Shown: positions 13,027 through 25,086 of the stretch, in pieces
How positions within the stretch are numbered: position 1 is the first letter of the stretch
Layout of the letters: each line of letters starts with the position of its first letter
From: Chiloscyllium plagiosum
Lineage: Eukaryota
NCBI RefSeq assembly: GCF_004010195.1
Contig: NC_057719.1
Coordinates: 33,582,767 to 33,646,766 of the forward strand
Length of the DNA stretch: 64,000 nucleotides
Direction: 5' to 3'
The notes under the pieces: model-generated
The model's database searches: none
Told to the model about the DNA's origin: nothing
The model's input: the letters and a program-made list of their open reading frames with translations, nothing else
Position numbers and translations under genes: made by a program

Positions 13027-13429
13027 TCCTTCCACTTTGAGCCCTTGGATTTCCAATTCCACCACCAAGATCCCGACCACTTTATTGGTAACTCACTGTG
13101 AAACATCTTCCTCCAATCCCTCAGTCAGGGCTCAGCAACCTATCTCCTGTACCTCCTTTTGAGCAAACTGTCACCCGAGATCACCTTCGCCCTCCGCCTG
13201 CCTCAGGTGTTGCCTTACTTGTCTATGTGACTTCAGTAACATGTTTTTGTCTTTCTCTATGCAGTTTTTCTCCATTTTGTTCAGTTAACTTAATGGGAAA
13301 ATGCTGCACAACAAATTGGCACCCACCAGAAATTCTCAGTGAGGAGGGCAAAGTATATGGGAATTAGATTCTGCGCAGTGTATACATAAAAATTCTAGTT
13401 GCTAAGCAAGTTTTCTGAAGTAGATTGCT

Positions 13430-14030
13430 TTAAAAAAAACATTCTACTGGATTTCAACTATGAGTAAGTACAAAAGTAGAGAAACTATGATAAATCTGCA
13501 TAAAACATAGACTGGCCTGAATAGGCATGTTGCATCCATTTCTTTGCAAAGCATGTCAAATCATCACAGATAGTGCTGGAACAATTCATGAGAAAAATTC
13601 CAGGACTGAGGAGCTTCCATCATATAGATAGATTGGAGGAGTTGTCTTTTCTCCCCAAAGAAGGGAAGGTTCACATTTATTAAAAAAATCATGAGATGTC
13701 TTGGATGGAATACATTTGGAGAAACAGTTCTCAAAAGAACAATCAAAAATCAAATGACATTGATGTAAGATGATGGATGAAAGAAGCAACAATGGCAGGA
13801 GACAAAGCTTTTTTTAATGTAGCAAGTATTCTAAAATGTACTGCCGAAGATTGTGGTGCAGCAGATTCAGTTATAGCCTTCAACTGATAACTGGAAAATT
13901 ATCTGAAAATGTAAAATGTTCAGGGCAAAAGAGAAAAGATAGAACTTGGCGAATTGTGGTAGCAGAGGTGCAATAGGTGCAATGAGCCAAATAGCCTCTT
14001 CAGCAGTGCTGTAACCATTTTGTGACTCTA
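13430..14030 (+). mobile_element. Old, heavily decayed CR1 3' region
   Basis: Degenerate match to the CR1 ORF2 end and 3' UTR ending gtaaccattttgtgactcta. Confidence 0.55.
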
Positions 14031-15027
14031 ATTCTCAGGAATCCTAAGCCTTGAACCTAATGCCACGATTGAGATAAAGGGCTTTAACAAACATTGTGCC
14101 ATGAACATCTGTTTTCAATAACCACCGATGGGTCTTTTGCAACTGCAAGCAGATCCACAAGTTATAATTATCCCAAAATGTTTTACTATTTCAAACTTTC
14201 CACTTGAATAACCATCATTAGATTTCCCATTATCTTCTTCTTCTGTTCTAGAGAGTAAGCTCTAATTTTTTTGAATTATTTTTCTTAAATATACATCTTG
14301 ATTCCTTGGTGTCATTTTAGTACATCTTTGCTGTCAACTTTTCACTAATGTGGGTCCAAAATTGCACACAATTATCCACCAATGGCCTAATGAGGTCTTT
14401 CACAAAGTCAACAGTACCTTCTTTCTTTTGCAGTAAAGTATAAAATACCTTGGGTCCAATTTTCTTTCCTGACTTTTTCTACGTGCACTGACAACTTAAG
14501 AAGTATATAACGGCATCTTTTGATCATGTTTTATTAGCATACATTTAACCTGTTGATATTCATTATTGCCACAAGCAGTTCTTCAATTCTCCATTTTGAA
14601 TTCCATCTACCACTGAACTAACTTAGCTCTATCTTCCTACTATTCTTCATGAGTCAGCCATGCTTTTCAGTTAGCAACAAGTATTAATATTATTTCTTTA
14701 TAATAATGTTTACTTAGTTTACTGAAAGAAAAGATGACACATAATTGTTCATAAGTTCAATCTCTTTTGTTTCTAAATCATCTCTCTACTCTTGGCTAGA
14801 TTCCCTGCAAAACCACATGCCTGATTTTCTTCTTCCAATGTTGGTAATGCAAACAGTAATAATAAGAGCAACGTAATAATCATGTAAATTGTGATGCTCT
14901 ATCCTGCTAGTCTGAGTCCCATTTACTTCATTATTCCACAGATTCCAAGTCTGGGGTTTGCATACACAGTAATTGCAGTGTGAATTGATCACTATTGGAT
15001 GTTTCTGCTAATTGTATTCATTTGCAG

Positions 15028-15085
15028 GCCTTTGAGGAATCTGTTGAAATTCAACTCACTCTTCTCAATGCAAGGACAATAAAAG
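15028..15085 (+). CDS. Possible 58-bp internal exon (AFEESVEIQLTLLNARTIK), unassigned
   Basis: Branch-like ctaat, acceptor tttgcag|G, donor AAG|gtaatt, one open frame; no partner exon found. Confidence 0.2.
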
Positions 15086-15714
15086 GTAATTATTAAGCCT
15101 AGTTCTTTTATTTTTGTCTTTGCATATCAAGGAATTGACTACTGTGGGTGCATTGCTTGTACATAGCGGTCATAAAAGGGGTACAGTACAATGGAAATGA
15201 AGAGACAAGAATGTGAATTTATTGTTCATGGAAATTTTCTGGTCAGTCTTGGTGAGAATACCTAAACCTGAAATTTAGTTGAACATTTTAAATTTCAAGT
15301 AGAAATTTTAAACATGAATAACCTGCAAGTTACGTAGCAAAACATGCCTGTCCACATCAGTTAACTACAAATCAGCCAAATTGAAACAATAATATTGTCA
15401 ATGAAAGTAAGAAAATGCCACTAAGTAATGACTATATAGCAGTTTTTTGCTATTGATGAAGGGGTCAGCATTTCAGGCAGCCCATTGAAATTCAACAGAA
15501 GTGATGTAAGCAAAGTAAATGAAGAAGAGAATAATGCTGTTAAAAAGCAGCAAAAATAACAGACTCAGATGGTTTCAATCTTAGGACTTCTAACAGACTA
15601 AGTGAGACTCACTGTGAATGCCCTTTTTATAATCTTTTAAGGTTCTTTCTGTTCAGAACCATTCCTTGAGTTTGGAACATTGCACTTCAGCCCATTTTGT
15701 AACAGAGGCAAGAG

Positions 15715-16030
15715 GAGAAGACTATGGCATTACAGCACAGTTAGCCTAACCATCATCATCAGGAAATTGATAGACTCTGTCATTATATTAGGATGACTGA
15801 AAACCTTAAGTTTTTAGCTGATCAAAGAGAAACAGCATGGATTTGTACAGGATAGATTATGCCTGACATACACAATTGAATTTTTCAAAGAGGAGACACT
15901 AATGTCATTTATATCATTGAATATTCCATGGAAGTCCGGAAGGCATTTGATAAAGTCTCCGATAAGATATTGCTAAATAAAGCTGAGCTGAAGAGATTGA
16001 ATGCAGGTGGTTGACGTTTTGGAATAAATT
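15715..16030 (+). mobile_element. Old CR1 RT fragment
   Basis: cagcatggatttgtacag (QHGFV) and gcatttgataaagt (AFDKV) motifs. Confidence 0.65.
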
Positions 16031-18080
16031 GGAGTGTAGCTACAACATTGGCATCTAGCCAAAAACATAGAACGTCGCTCAGGTATGTCTTGTTTATAAA
16101 AAGCAGGAAAAGTCCAATGCAGCAAATTCCTGAATTCATCATCCTAGCCTCAATGATCAGCAAAGTGAATGAAGGTGTTATCAACATTGTTATCAAGTGG
16201 CATGTACTCAACAATGACCTGCTCACTGACACTCAGTTTGGGTTCTGCCAGAGAGACTCAGCTCTTCATCTCATTATAACTTTGATCCAAAACTGGACAA
16301 AGAGCTGAACTCCAGAGGTGAGGAGGAAGTGACTAATCTGACATCAAGGCAGCGTTTGACCAATTGTAGCATCAAGAAGCCATGGCAAGCTTGAAGTCAA
16401 TGGGAATCAGGGGAAACGCTCCACTGGTTAGAGTCATACCTAACACAAATGGAGATGATTGTGTTTGTTGGAGCTCAATCATCTCAGCACAGGAACACAA
16501 TGGAAACATGAAGTCCTCCTGGTAGTGCTCTCAATCTAAATCATTTTCACCCACTTCATCAATGATAATCTTTGCATCATTAGGTCAGACGTGTGAATAC
16601 TTGCTAATGATTTCATAATTTTTGTGGTACTGCAGCAATTGGCTGACATACAGTAAGACTGGACAACGTTCAGTCTTGGGCTAAAAGGTGACAAGTAACA
16701 TTTGCACAGATCGGGTGCAAGGCAATGACCATTTTCAATAGGAGAGTACTTAACCATTATCCTCCGATGTTCAACAGCATAGTTATTGCAGAGTCACCCC
16801 CATCATCAACGTCCTGGAGATTACCAATAAAAGGTTAACTGGACCATAAAAATTTTGCTGCTTACTAGAGAAGGTCAAATACTGGAGATGTGGTGCCAAT
16901 TAACTTGCCTTCTAAATTGCCAAATCATCTCCATTATCTAGAGGGTGCAAATCAGGCTTGTGATGGAATGCTCTCACATAGTTGAATGAGTACTGCTCCA
17001 TGAATAGTCAAGAAGCTCAGATCACATAGGACAAAGGATCCCCATTGATTGACCATCCACCACTTTAAATAATCAACATTCACCTCTAGCAGACAGCAAC
17101 AAAAAATGCGTGTCCCATCTATAAGGTTCACTGCTGAAACTTTGTAACTCTAGCACCTAGAAGAACAAGGCCAACAGGTATTTGCACTGTGATCTGCAAG
17201 TGCCCTGCCAGGCAAAATATTTTCTGGACTTGACTTGGAACAATACTGCTGTTCCTTCACTGTCACTGTGTCAAAAACCTGGAACACCCGCAGCTCATTC
17301 CATACATACCACCTTCAGTGTGAAAACGTTGCCCCTTAGGTCTCTTTTGTATCTTTCCCCTCTCACCCTAAACTTATGCCCTCTCGTTCTGGACTCCCCC
17401 ACCCCAGATAAAAGACTTTGTCTATTTATCCTATCCATGCCCCTCATGATTTTATAAATCTCTATAAGGTCACCCCTCAGCCTCCAACGCTGCAGGGAAA
17501 CCAGCCCCAGCCTATTCAACCTCTCCCTAAAGCTCAAATCCTCCAACCCTGGCAACATCCTTGGAAATCTTTTATGAACCCTCTCAAGTTTCACAACATC
17601 TTTCCGATAGGAAGGAGACCAGAATTGCATGCAATATTCCAACAGTGGCCTAACTAATGTCCTGTACAGCCGCAACATGACCTCCCAACTCCTGTACTCA
17701 ATACTCTGACCAACAAAGGAAGGCATACCAAACATCTTCTTCACTATCCTATCTATCTCTGACTCCACTTTCAAGGAGCTATGAACCTGCACTCCAAGGT
17801 CTCTTTGTTCAGTAACACTCCCTAGGACCTTACCATTAAGTGCATAAGTCCTGCTAAGATTTGCTTTCCCAAAATGCAGCACCTCTCATTTATCTAAATT
17901 AAACTCCACCTGTCACTTCTCAGCCCATTGGCCCAACTGATCACAATCCTGTTGTAATCTGAAGTAACCTTCTTCACTGTCCACTACACCTCTAATTTTG
18001 GTGTCAGTAGCAAACTTACTAACTATACCTGTTATGCTACAGCATTTCAAGAGGACAGCCCATTACCACATTCTCAAGTG
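16030..18080 (+). mobile_element. Family B LINE RT and 3' region, interrupted by CR1 at 17291-18038
   Basis: MISKVNEGVINIVIKWHVLNNDLLTDTQFGFCQ...LIITLIQNWTK; the tail resumes after 18040. Confidence 0.8.
17291..18038 (-). mobile_element. CR1 (HER1-like) ORF2 fragment, well preserved
   Basis: 195-aa ORF LHFGKAN...RDLGVQVHSSLK...LYRTLVRPLLEYC...LRGDLIEIYKIMRG...RTRGH. Confidence 0.93.
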
Positions 18081-18784
18081 AAATTTTCGATGTTGAATAA
18101 ATACTGTTTACAACAAAATTTAGATTTAATAATTGACAGAGAGTCAGGATAATGGACAGGTACTCTGATTAGTAAATGGTGACTTGTGTCCCACAATGAG
18201 ATGGTTTCATGCTTCAATGCTCCCCATTTTATTAATGATGCAATAGAAAGCCATCCATGCAAATTTGCTGAAAATAGAACTATGTTGCCCAATTGTATTG
18301 GCTCAAGAAGAATTTTGCTTCCAAGTGCTTTACAAATACATATGAAGAGAAATTTGGTTGTGGGAGGTGGTGCAAGTGAGGGATTTGAAGGAACATTTTC
18401 AAAACTGGCACTATTTTTGCCAAATGCAATCAACAAAAAGGAAACTCTGTAAACTGTAGTTCACACTTAATGGAATTAAATTATCTTGTTATAGCTCTTG
18501 AATTATACATTTCTTTAGCAAGGTTGTATTAAAAGATTTTTGGAAAAAGTTTATTAGTTTCATTTTCTCTCATCCAGTGTTCCTCTTTTTTTGGATATTG
18601 CTGACACTCCCATATCAAATGGCTTTTGTCCTGTTATTTCATATGTAATGCTTTCCTTATAAATGCTTGCCTATTATTCTCTTTAACATCCTCTGCAGAC
18701 ATTTCTATTGACCCATTTTCACTGTTGCAAAAATATCACAAATATTTGTCAGCCATGTCTTCATTCTGTCATACAAGTTCTCCT

Positions 18785-19640
18785 TCATAGAAACAGAAGT
18801 AAGCCATTCAGCCCATCCTGCTGCACCACTTAGAATGATCACAGTTAATCAAACATTTCAATGTTATTTATCCACCCCATTCCCATAAGCCACTTGTCAG
18901 CAAAAGTCTACCAATCAATCTCGACTTCAAACATTTTCAAAATGTGAGCTTCCACTCTGCAGAAGAAAATTTCAAAAATTTACAACCCTCCAGATTAAAA
19001 ACTTTTTCCTCATCTTGAACCTGAATGGAATCCCTTCTCCTTAGTTTTTAAATTGTGCCCTCTTATTCTAGCCTCCAAAGCTAAGGAAATGATCTACCCT
19101 GTCTGTCAGTTTAAATATTACGTAAGATTCAACAATCTCATTCTTCAAAACTCTATAGAATGCAGGACCAGTTTATCCAATCTTTCTTCATAAGACAGTC
19201 CAACCACCCAGGAGCAAGTCTAGTCAATCTTTGGTGCACTCACTTTGAGATAATCATATATTTTCTGCAATAAGGACACCAAAACTGTACATTATATGCT
19301 GTCTAATATCTATAGTATTTAAACAAGACTTAATAACTCGTATACTTTTTTTGCAATAAAGACTAATATTCCATCATTCTTCTTAATAGCTTGTTTCACC
19401 TGTATGTTAGCCTTCAGTGATTTATTGACAAGGACACCTAGGACCCTTTAAACATCTACATTTTCCAACCTCTCAACACTTAAGAAATACTCTGCATGCC
19501 TGTTTCTCTAACCAAAGTGGATAGCCTCACTTTTTTTTTCACACTGCCATAGTCTTCCTTAGTCTTCCCAACTCTTCCTGAAGCTGCATTGCATCCTCCT
19601 CACAACTTAGATTCCCACTTAGCTTTGTACCATCCATAAC
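18785..19640 (-). mobile_element. Old CR1 3' region
   Basis: catagaaacagaagtaagccattcagccc tail and a degenerate ORF2 end. Confidence 0.65.
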
Positions 19641-21610
19641 CATTTCCCCTGTTTTGAAATTGACTTTGAGTCTATTTTTTAGTACTCCTTGTAACACTGC
19701 TAGTCTCCTTTTATAGAATCTCTTCTAAATCATAACTCTTCAAGATTCCTTCAGTGCCTCTATTGTACTCTTTCCCTATATTGATTGGGAGCTTGGATAT
19801 TCACTACCTCTGCACCTTAAACTATACCAGTAGGGACTAAATCAAAAGGAAAACTTGGATCTGATGTGTACAAATCAGAATTATTGGTCGGAATGATAGT
19901 CAATCAACATTATGTTGAAAGGGAATGTAGACAATATGGAAATATCCACCAGGCAGGATTCTGCTCTTGTAGTTATGATAAACTCAGCAATGTCCCTTAT
20001 GAAAGGAAATCTATCATCTTCATCCAATTTAACCTACTGGATTTTTAACTACCTTCAGAAATGGTCTGTCAAAGAAGATCACTCACAACCACCTTCTCAA
20101 CATAATGAGGAATGGGGAATAAATCCTGGATATTCAAACACTGCATGCATCCTATAAAATATTTAAAGATCGGGTAAACAAAATGAGTGTACTGGTGGGT
20201 GATTTTAAAATCAATAATCTTTTCAAAGTAAGAATGAGTTTCAAGTTATAAATCAGTTTCATTATTCTTGGCAAATAAACAACTTACTTGCTCTTTAATA
20301 TTCCGACATATGATTATTCTAAATCAATCAGCTGTAAAGACCAACACTCAGCTGGTCTTTGAAAAAATCCTTGTTGTGATTATTATGAACTTGTTTTGCA
20401 ATGTTGTTGAAATATTTATGAATTCCTGTAGTCTGTTCTCAAAAAAAATCTATCAAAGTCCATTTCAGTACTGTATGCTAATTCCTGTGCACAATCTCAA
20501 AATTCTGCGACTGCCACGCAATCAAATAAAGAAAAAAAAAAGAAACTTTTCATTAATATCCATTCAAATGACTCAGCTGTTATTGTAAGTTTCTTGTGCT
20601 ATTCCAACCAGAAACTGAGTCAACCTAGAATCCTATCACATTTTCCAACCAAAGACCTACACAGTGAAGGGTACACGGGCAGAAATCATTGAAGAACATC
20701 AGATGCTGAGTGAAGAAACAAATAACTATATCTAAATTCAGACAGCCATCATCCATGAAACTCTACAATAAAACCTGTGTACCAGAATGACTCAGTGCTT
20801 CTAATCAGGGAGATAATATTTCATGGACAAACAAAAACTACACAAGGCTGTCCCTAAATAAAAGAAGGAAAATTGATCTCTTGCATTTAGATATATTGTT
20901 AAAGCATTGGAAATATGAAGGAAATATAAACTATGTAAGGATACACAATTACATAAGAAAATCCAAAATATCAATCTGGCTGTTGCATCATTTCAAAATA
21001 GACAGTCTTTAAGAATGGTAGAGTCATAGAAGGAGGTCATTAGTCTATTTTACCTATGCTACACCTTCAAAAGAGTTATTTGGTTAGTTCCACTTTCTTG
21101 ATTTTACCCATTGTCTTGCAATTTCTTTTTGCAGTTGAAGTGTAAATCCAATTCCTATTCAGCCAAGTTATTCATCTCAGACGCCATTAATCACAAAAAT
21201 ACTGTTGTTTGTTCATTTTACAGCAAGCAAAATCTACAAGTAAAATTATAATTTTGCTCAAAATATTTCAGGACCTGCAGTGACAATGAAAACAAACCAT
21301 ACAACTTGTAAGACTTACGTGTGGACTATAATACTACATTATGCACATAAACTTACCAGCAGGTATCACAATGTTATGTTAGAACATTCTCGGATTTTGA
21401 TGTTTATCATTACCATTTGAAACTAGTCAAGTAAATTTGAAAAAGAAAATACACATTTGGAACTTCAACTTTCCAGGCAATCACAGGTAGGAAATAGCTT
21501 GACCTCATTTATAAACTAAGTGATGATGCTCCTCCCACATATATTTACATCTACCTCTTTTATGGGAAAGATTAGATTCTTTTGCTTTAACTTAAAGATA
21601 TTGGCTAGGA

Positions 21611-21900
21611 CAGAGGTGGGGAACCTTTTCATATTGGAAGGCCACATTGTGTTAGTTGTAATCTAATAAGGCCACATCCAAGAAACGTCAATTATATATT
21701 CTTCAAAATTCACATTATTTTGTAAAAATCTAACTACTATGTACTAACTAACTAAAAAAAAGAAAAATAATGTTAATTCTAAAGTTAACTAACCTTTTAA
21801 TGACTTTGTTGTGACTGCTTTTTGTAGGAAAGCATTTGAATATTTGGTTGCAGCATAGAGGTCTGCAGTTTTAGTTGATCCTCTAGATGACTGACCTATT
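21611..21900 (-). mobile_element. hAT (Charlie/SPIN-group) DNA transposon end with transposase C-terminus
   Basis: TIR-like CAGAGGTGGGGAACCTTTT at 21611, preceded by the CTAG-centred 8-mer ggctagga; minus-strand 21797-21892 reads SHLEDQLKLQTSMLQPNIQMLSYKKQSQQSH*; other end not located. Confidence 0.75.
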
Positions 21901-24476
21901 TGTAACCTTAAAATCTTTGCATGGATTTCCCATAATTAATAATGGGATCCTTTTGTTTTGTTTTTCCATTTCAATAACAACTAAATAGATGCCAAATTTA
22001 TGGATTAAACTTTGAATCGATGTGCTTCTGATTTATTGCCGATTGTGAGACAGTCATGGGGCTGGGTCAACATAAGACTATTTTGACTGACGCATTCCCT
22101 TGAATACTTTCAAGCATTTGGCTACTGGTGAATTTTCAGTTTGGTTATTTTCATTTCTGATTGTCTCTCAGAGCTACTGCTTCCTGTGATTATATGGTTG
22201 TGACATGAGAGGTTTTCAAAATTAAATTTCGCTTGCAAATTACATCAGTTTCACTTTTATTTCTGAACACATCATCATTCTTTGTAGAGACTAGCCTAGC
22301 CAAGACCTAAATGTAGTGGCATACCTCACTGTTGGCCATATTTATGAATAAAGGTGAGATCAAGCTATTTTCTTTACTGTGGAAGAAACATTGTTGTGTT
22401 TTTGTTCATTGAATGTCCATGTTAGAAACCAGTGTTGTACTTACCACTCTGTGTGATATGGCTGAACTTGCCATCTTAACTAATTCTCCTGACGGTGTGA
22501 TAAAAGACATTGACTGAGAGCAATCTCAGTGGAGATAATCAAAATTTTGTAGGTGAACTCAAAACTCTGCAAGGATTCTGCCAGCCTAAATGGTAAATTG
22601 ACACACATTTGATCATACTGCCAATGCCCTTCATGCCCCTCATTTTCTTACATTGATAAACAGTCCTCATAAAACTCATCATGCCCAGGAAAGCAGATCC
22701 TTCAAACTTCACTCCACCATACCCCTGACTCCGTCCTCTATCCTCCCTGGATCCTCAATCCTTTATACCTCCAATCGAACCCAATAACCCACTTCACCAC
22801 TCATTCACCCTTGTCAGACCTGAACTGCCATGCAAGAATCCATTCTTCTGCTCCTCCCTTATGCCTTTTGCTTAACCCAAGGAAAATCACTGACCTTGCA
22901 CATACATAATGGCACAAAGTTAACAGTACATGTCACTTTTAAATGACCACAAAGCAGGTGCTATGCGATTCTCATGTATTATTTTGTTATGGAGTCAGGA
23001 CACTACTGCAATTTGTTTCACAGTAATACATTTTCTTAGCCTGTAAATATACATTATCTCACATGCTCATTAATTTTCTGCAAATACATCATTGCATCCC
23101 AAACAGTCTTTAGGAAACTGAAAATTCACATCCTGCCTAATTAAGTCACTGAGCACACCACATTTCTCTTCACTGTGTGCTCCACAAAATCCAACCCCAA
23201 TATTTATATTATAAGAAATTATATGTAATATTCAATATTTCAGTTGTTGTTTGATTTTATTTTCCTGCTGTCACCTGGGTTTCATTGCAGAAAGTTCAAC
23301 TTTCTCTTCAAGAATCAATCTCAGTTCAGATAATACACCTCATGAATATTTTATTTCTGTACAATTCATGGATTCATTTCCCAAAACATTTCCTTTATTT
23401 CCCAAGCCAGACATACATTCGTATTCCATGCATCTTTGAACATTTTGATCAGCATTGTTAGTGAACATGCAATTGGGACCTGATAAAATGCTCATGAATG
23501 TTTATAGCCAAGAAGTCCAACCTCATCAAACGAAAATCAGCAATCCTAAATTGGCATAAATAGCATTCCAAACTCAATCTACTGAAGTGAGAGGAATAAA
23601 AGTAAAAGCACAGAAGGAATGTCTGTTGCCATTGTGGTAAGAACTGTAAAACCAGATTAGCTGAACTTATTACTATAACCTATTTTCTTCGAACAAGGAC
23701 CATGCAGACATGTTGGTTAGAAAGACTTTCATTTCCTACTTTTTCATTCACTCAACAGTATTCAGTGAATTCATTGCATTATAAAGTTCATCTTGATTCA
23801 ATGTTATTGACGTTATTATACAAAAGATGTACCATTCTGAGTCACCATTCCTTTCAATTGTAATAGTCTGATATCAAAACTTCCATTACAATTTAAAGAC
23901 AAGCTTAATAAGTATAAATCTTTTAAATTCTTGAAACATTGAACTAACTCCTATATTAACATTGTTTATAGGAGTTTGGTGCTTGAAAATTGAAGTCACT
24001 ATTCCCAAGGACGTTGGTGTGAAGGAAATCTGAGTTTTAATCCCAAAGACATGGCGTAATCCAGTAACAGATGACTGGAGCTCTTAATTAAAGAAATAAA
24101 AATGACAAAGAACCTTCGATGCAGATCAGCAACATCCATCAATAAAGCATTATATTAATTCCTCCGAACAAGCTTCAATGGAATCACACCACTGAGAGTG
24201 AAGATTGTCACCAAGGCCTCAATGTACAAGAAACAATACATGAAAAGCAAGAAAGTACCAGTAATGATTCAACAATGATGCCAATAACATTTCAAATGGA
24301 TCAGAACGTGCAATGAAAATGTAATAAGCTATTAATATCTGCTCTTATGTTTCCATAAAGAAACTCAGTGCCACTGTTTTGCGATAAACTAAACAGTACA
24401 GTTCAGTTCTTACATATAAATTGACTGATCTCATCAGGAGCAATAGTGGGGTGCTACAATTTACCTAATAACACTA

Positions 24477-24683
24477 CAGGGTGACTCCCGTATCTGTGGA
24501 ATTATTTTCCGCGCTTCACCACGGCCAGAACATATTATAGGAAACGTTCCAGCATCAGGGACCAGGAGCCAGCCAGGAAGGTATGTTACCAATTTAAATG
24601 AATGGGTTCACTCCTATCTGTGGTTTCAGGCTTCTGTGGTAGGTCCTGGAACATATCCCACACCGTTATGGGGAGGACTACTG
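24477..24683 (+). mobile_element. Tigger/pogo-type MITE (MER44/Tigger7-like)
   Basis: TA|CAG...ggtcctggaacatatccc...ggggaggactactg|TA; TA TSD on both sides. Confidence 0.7.
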
Positions 24684-24731
24684 TATCAGAAAGTCATCTT
24701 GCTCTGGTAGCTAATTAGAGATTTGTGGGGT

Positions 24732-25086
24732 GAATCATAGAATCCCTACTGTACAGATAGAGGCCATTTGGCTCATCAAGTCTGTACCAATCCTCCGAAC
24801 AGCATATCACCCACACCCACCAGCTCCCTGCCCTATCCCTGTAACCCCACATTTCCCATGGCTCATCCATCTAGCCTGCACATTGCTGGAACTACAGAGC
24901 AATGTAACATGGCCAATCCACCTAATCTGCACATCTGTGGGAGGAAACTGGAGCACCCAACAGAAATTCACACAGACATGGGGAGAATATGCAAACTCCA
25001 CACAGGTAGTCACGCAAGGCTAGAATCAAACCTGAGTACCTGGCACTGTGAGGCAGCAGTGCTAACCACTGTGCCATCATGCCACC
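24732..25086 (-). mobile_element. HE1-type SINE, older subfamily
   Basis: tRNA-like head, V-domain, attctatgattc tail. Confidence 0.88.

Noticed and set aside
12489..13162. 194-217 aa ORFs
   Set aside because: They are open only because they span the 500-N gap
17295..17882. 195-aa ORF as a host gene
   Set aside because: It is CR1 ORF2 C-terminal sequence repeated several times in the window
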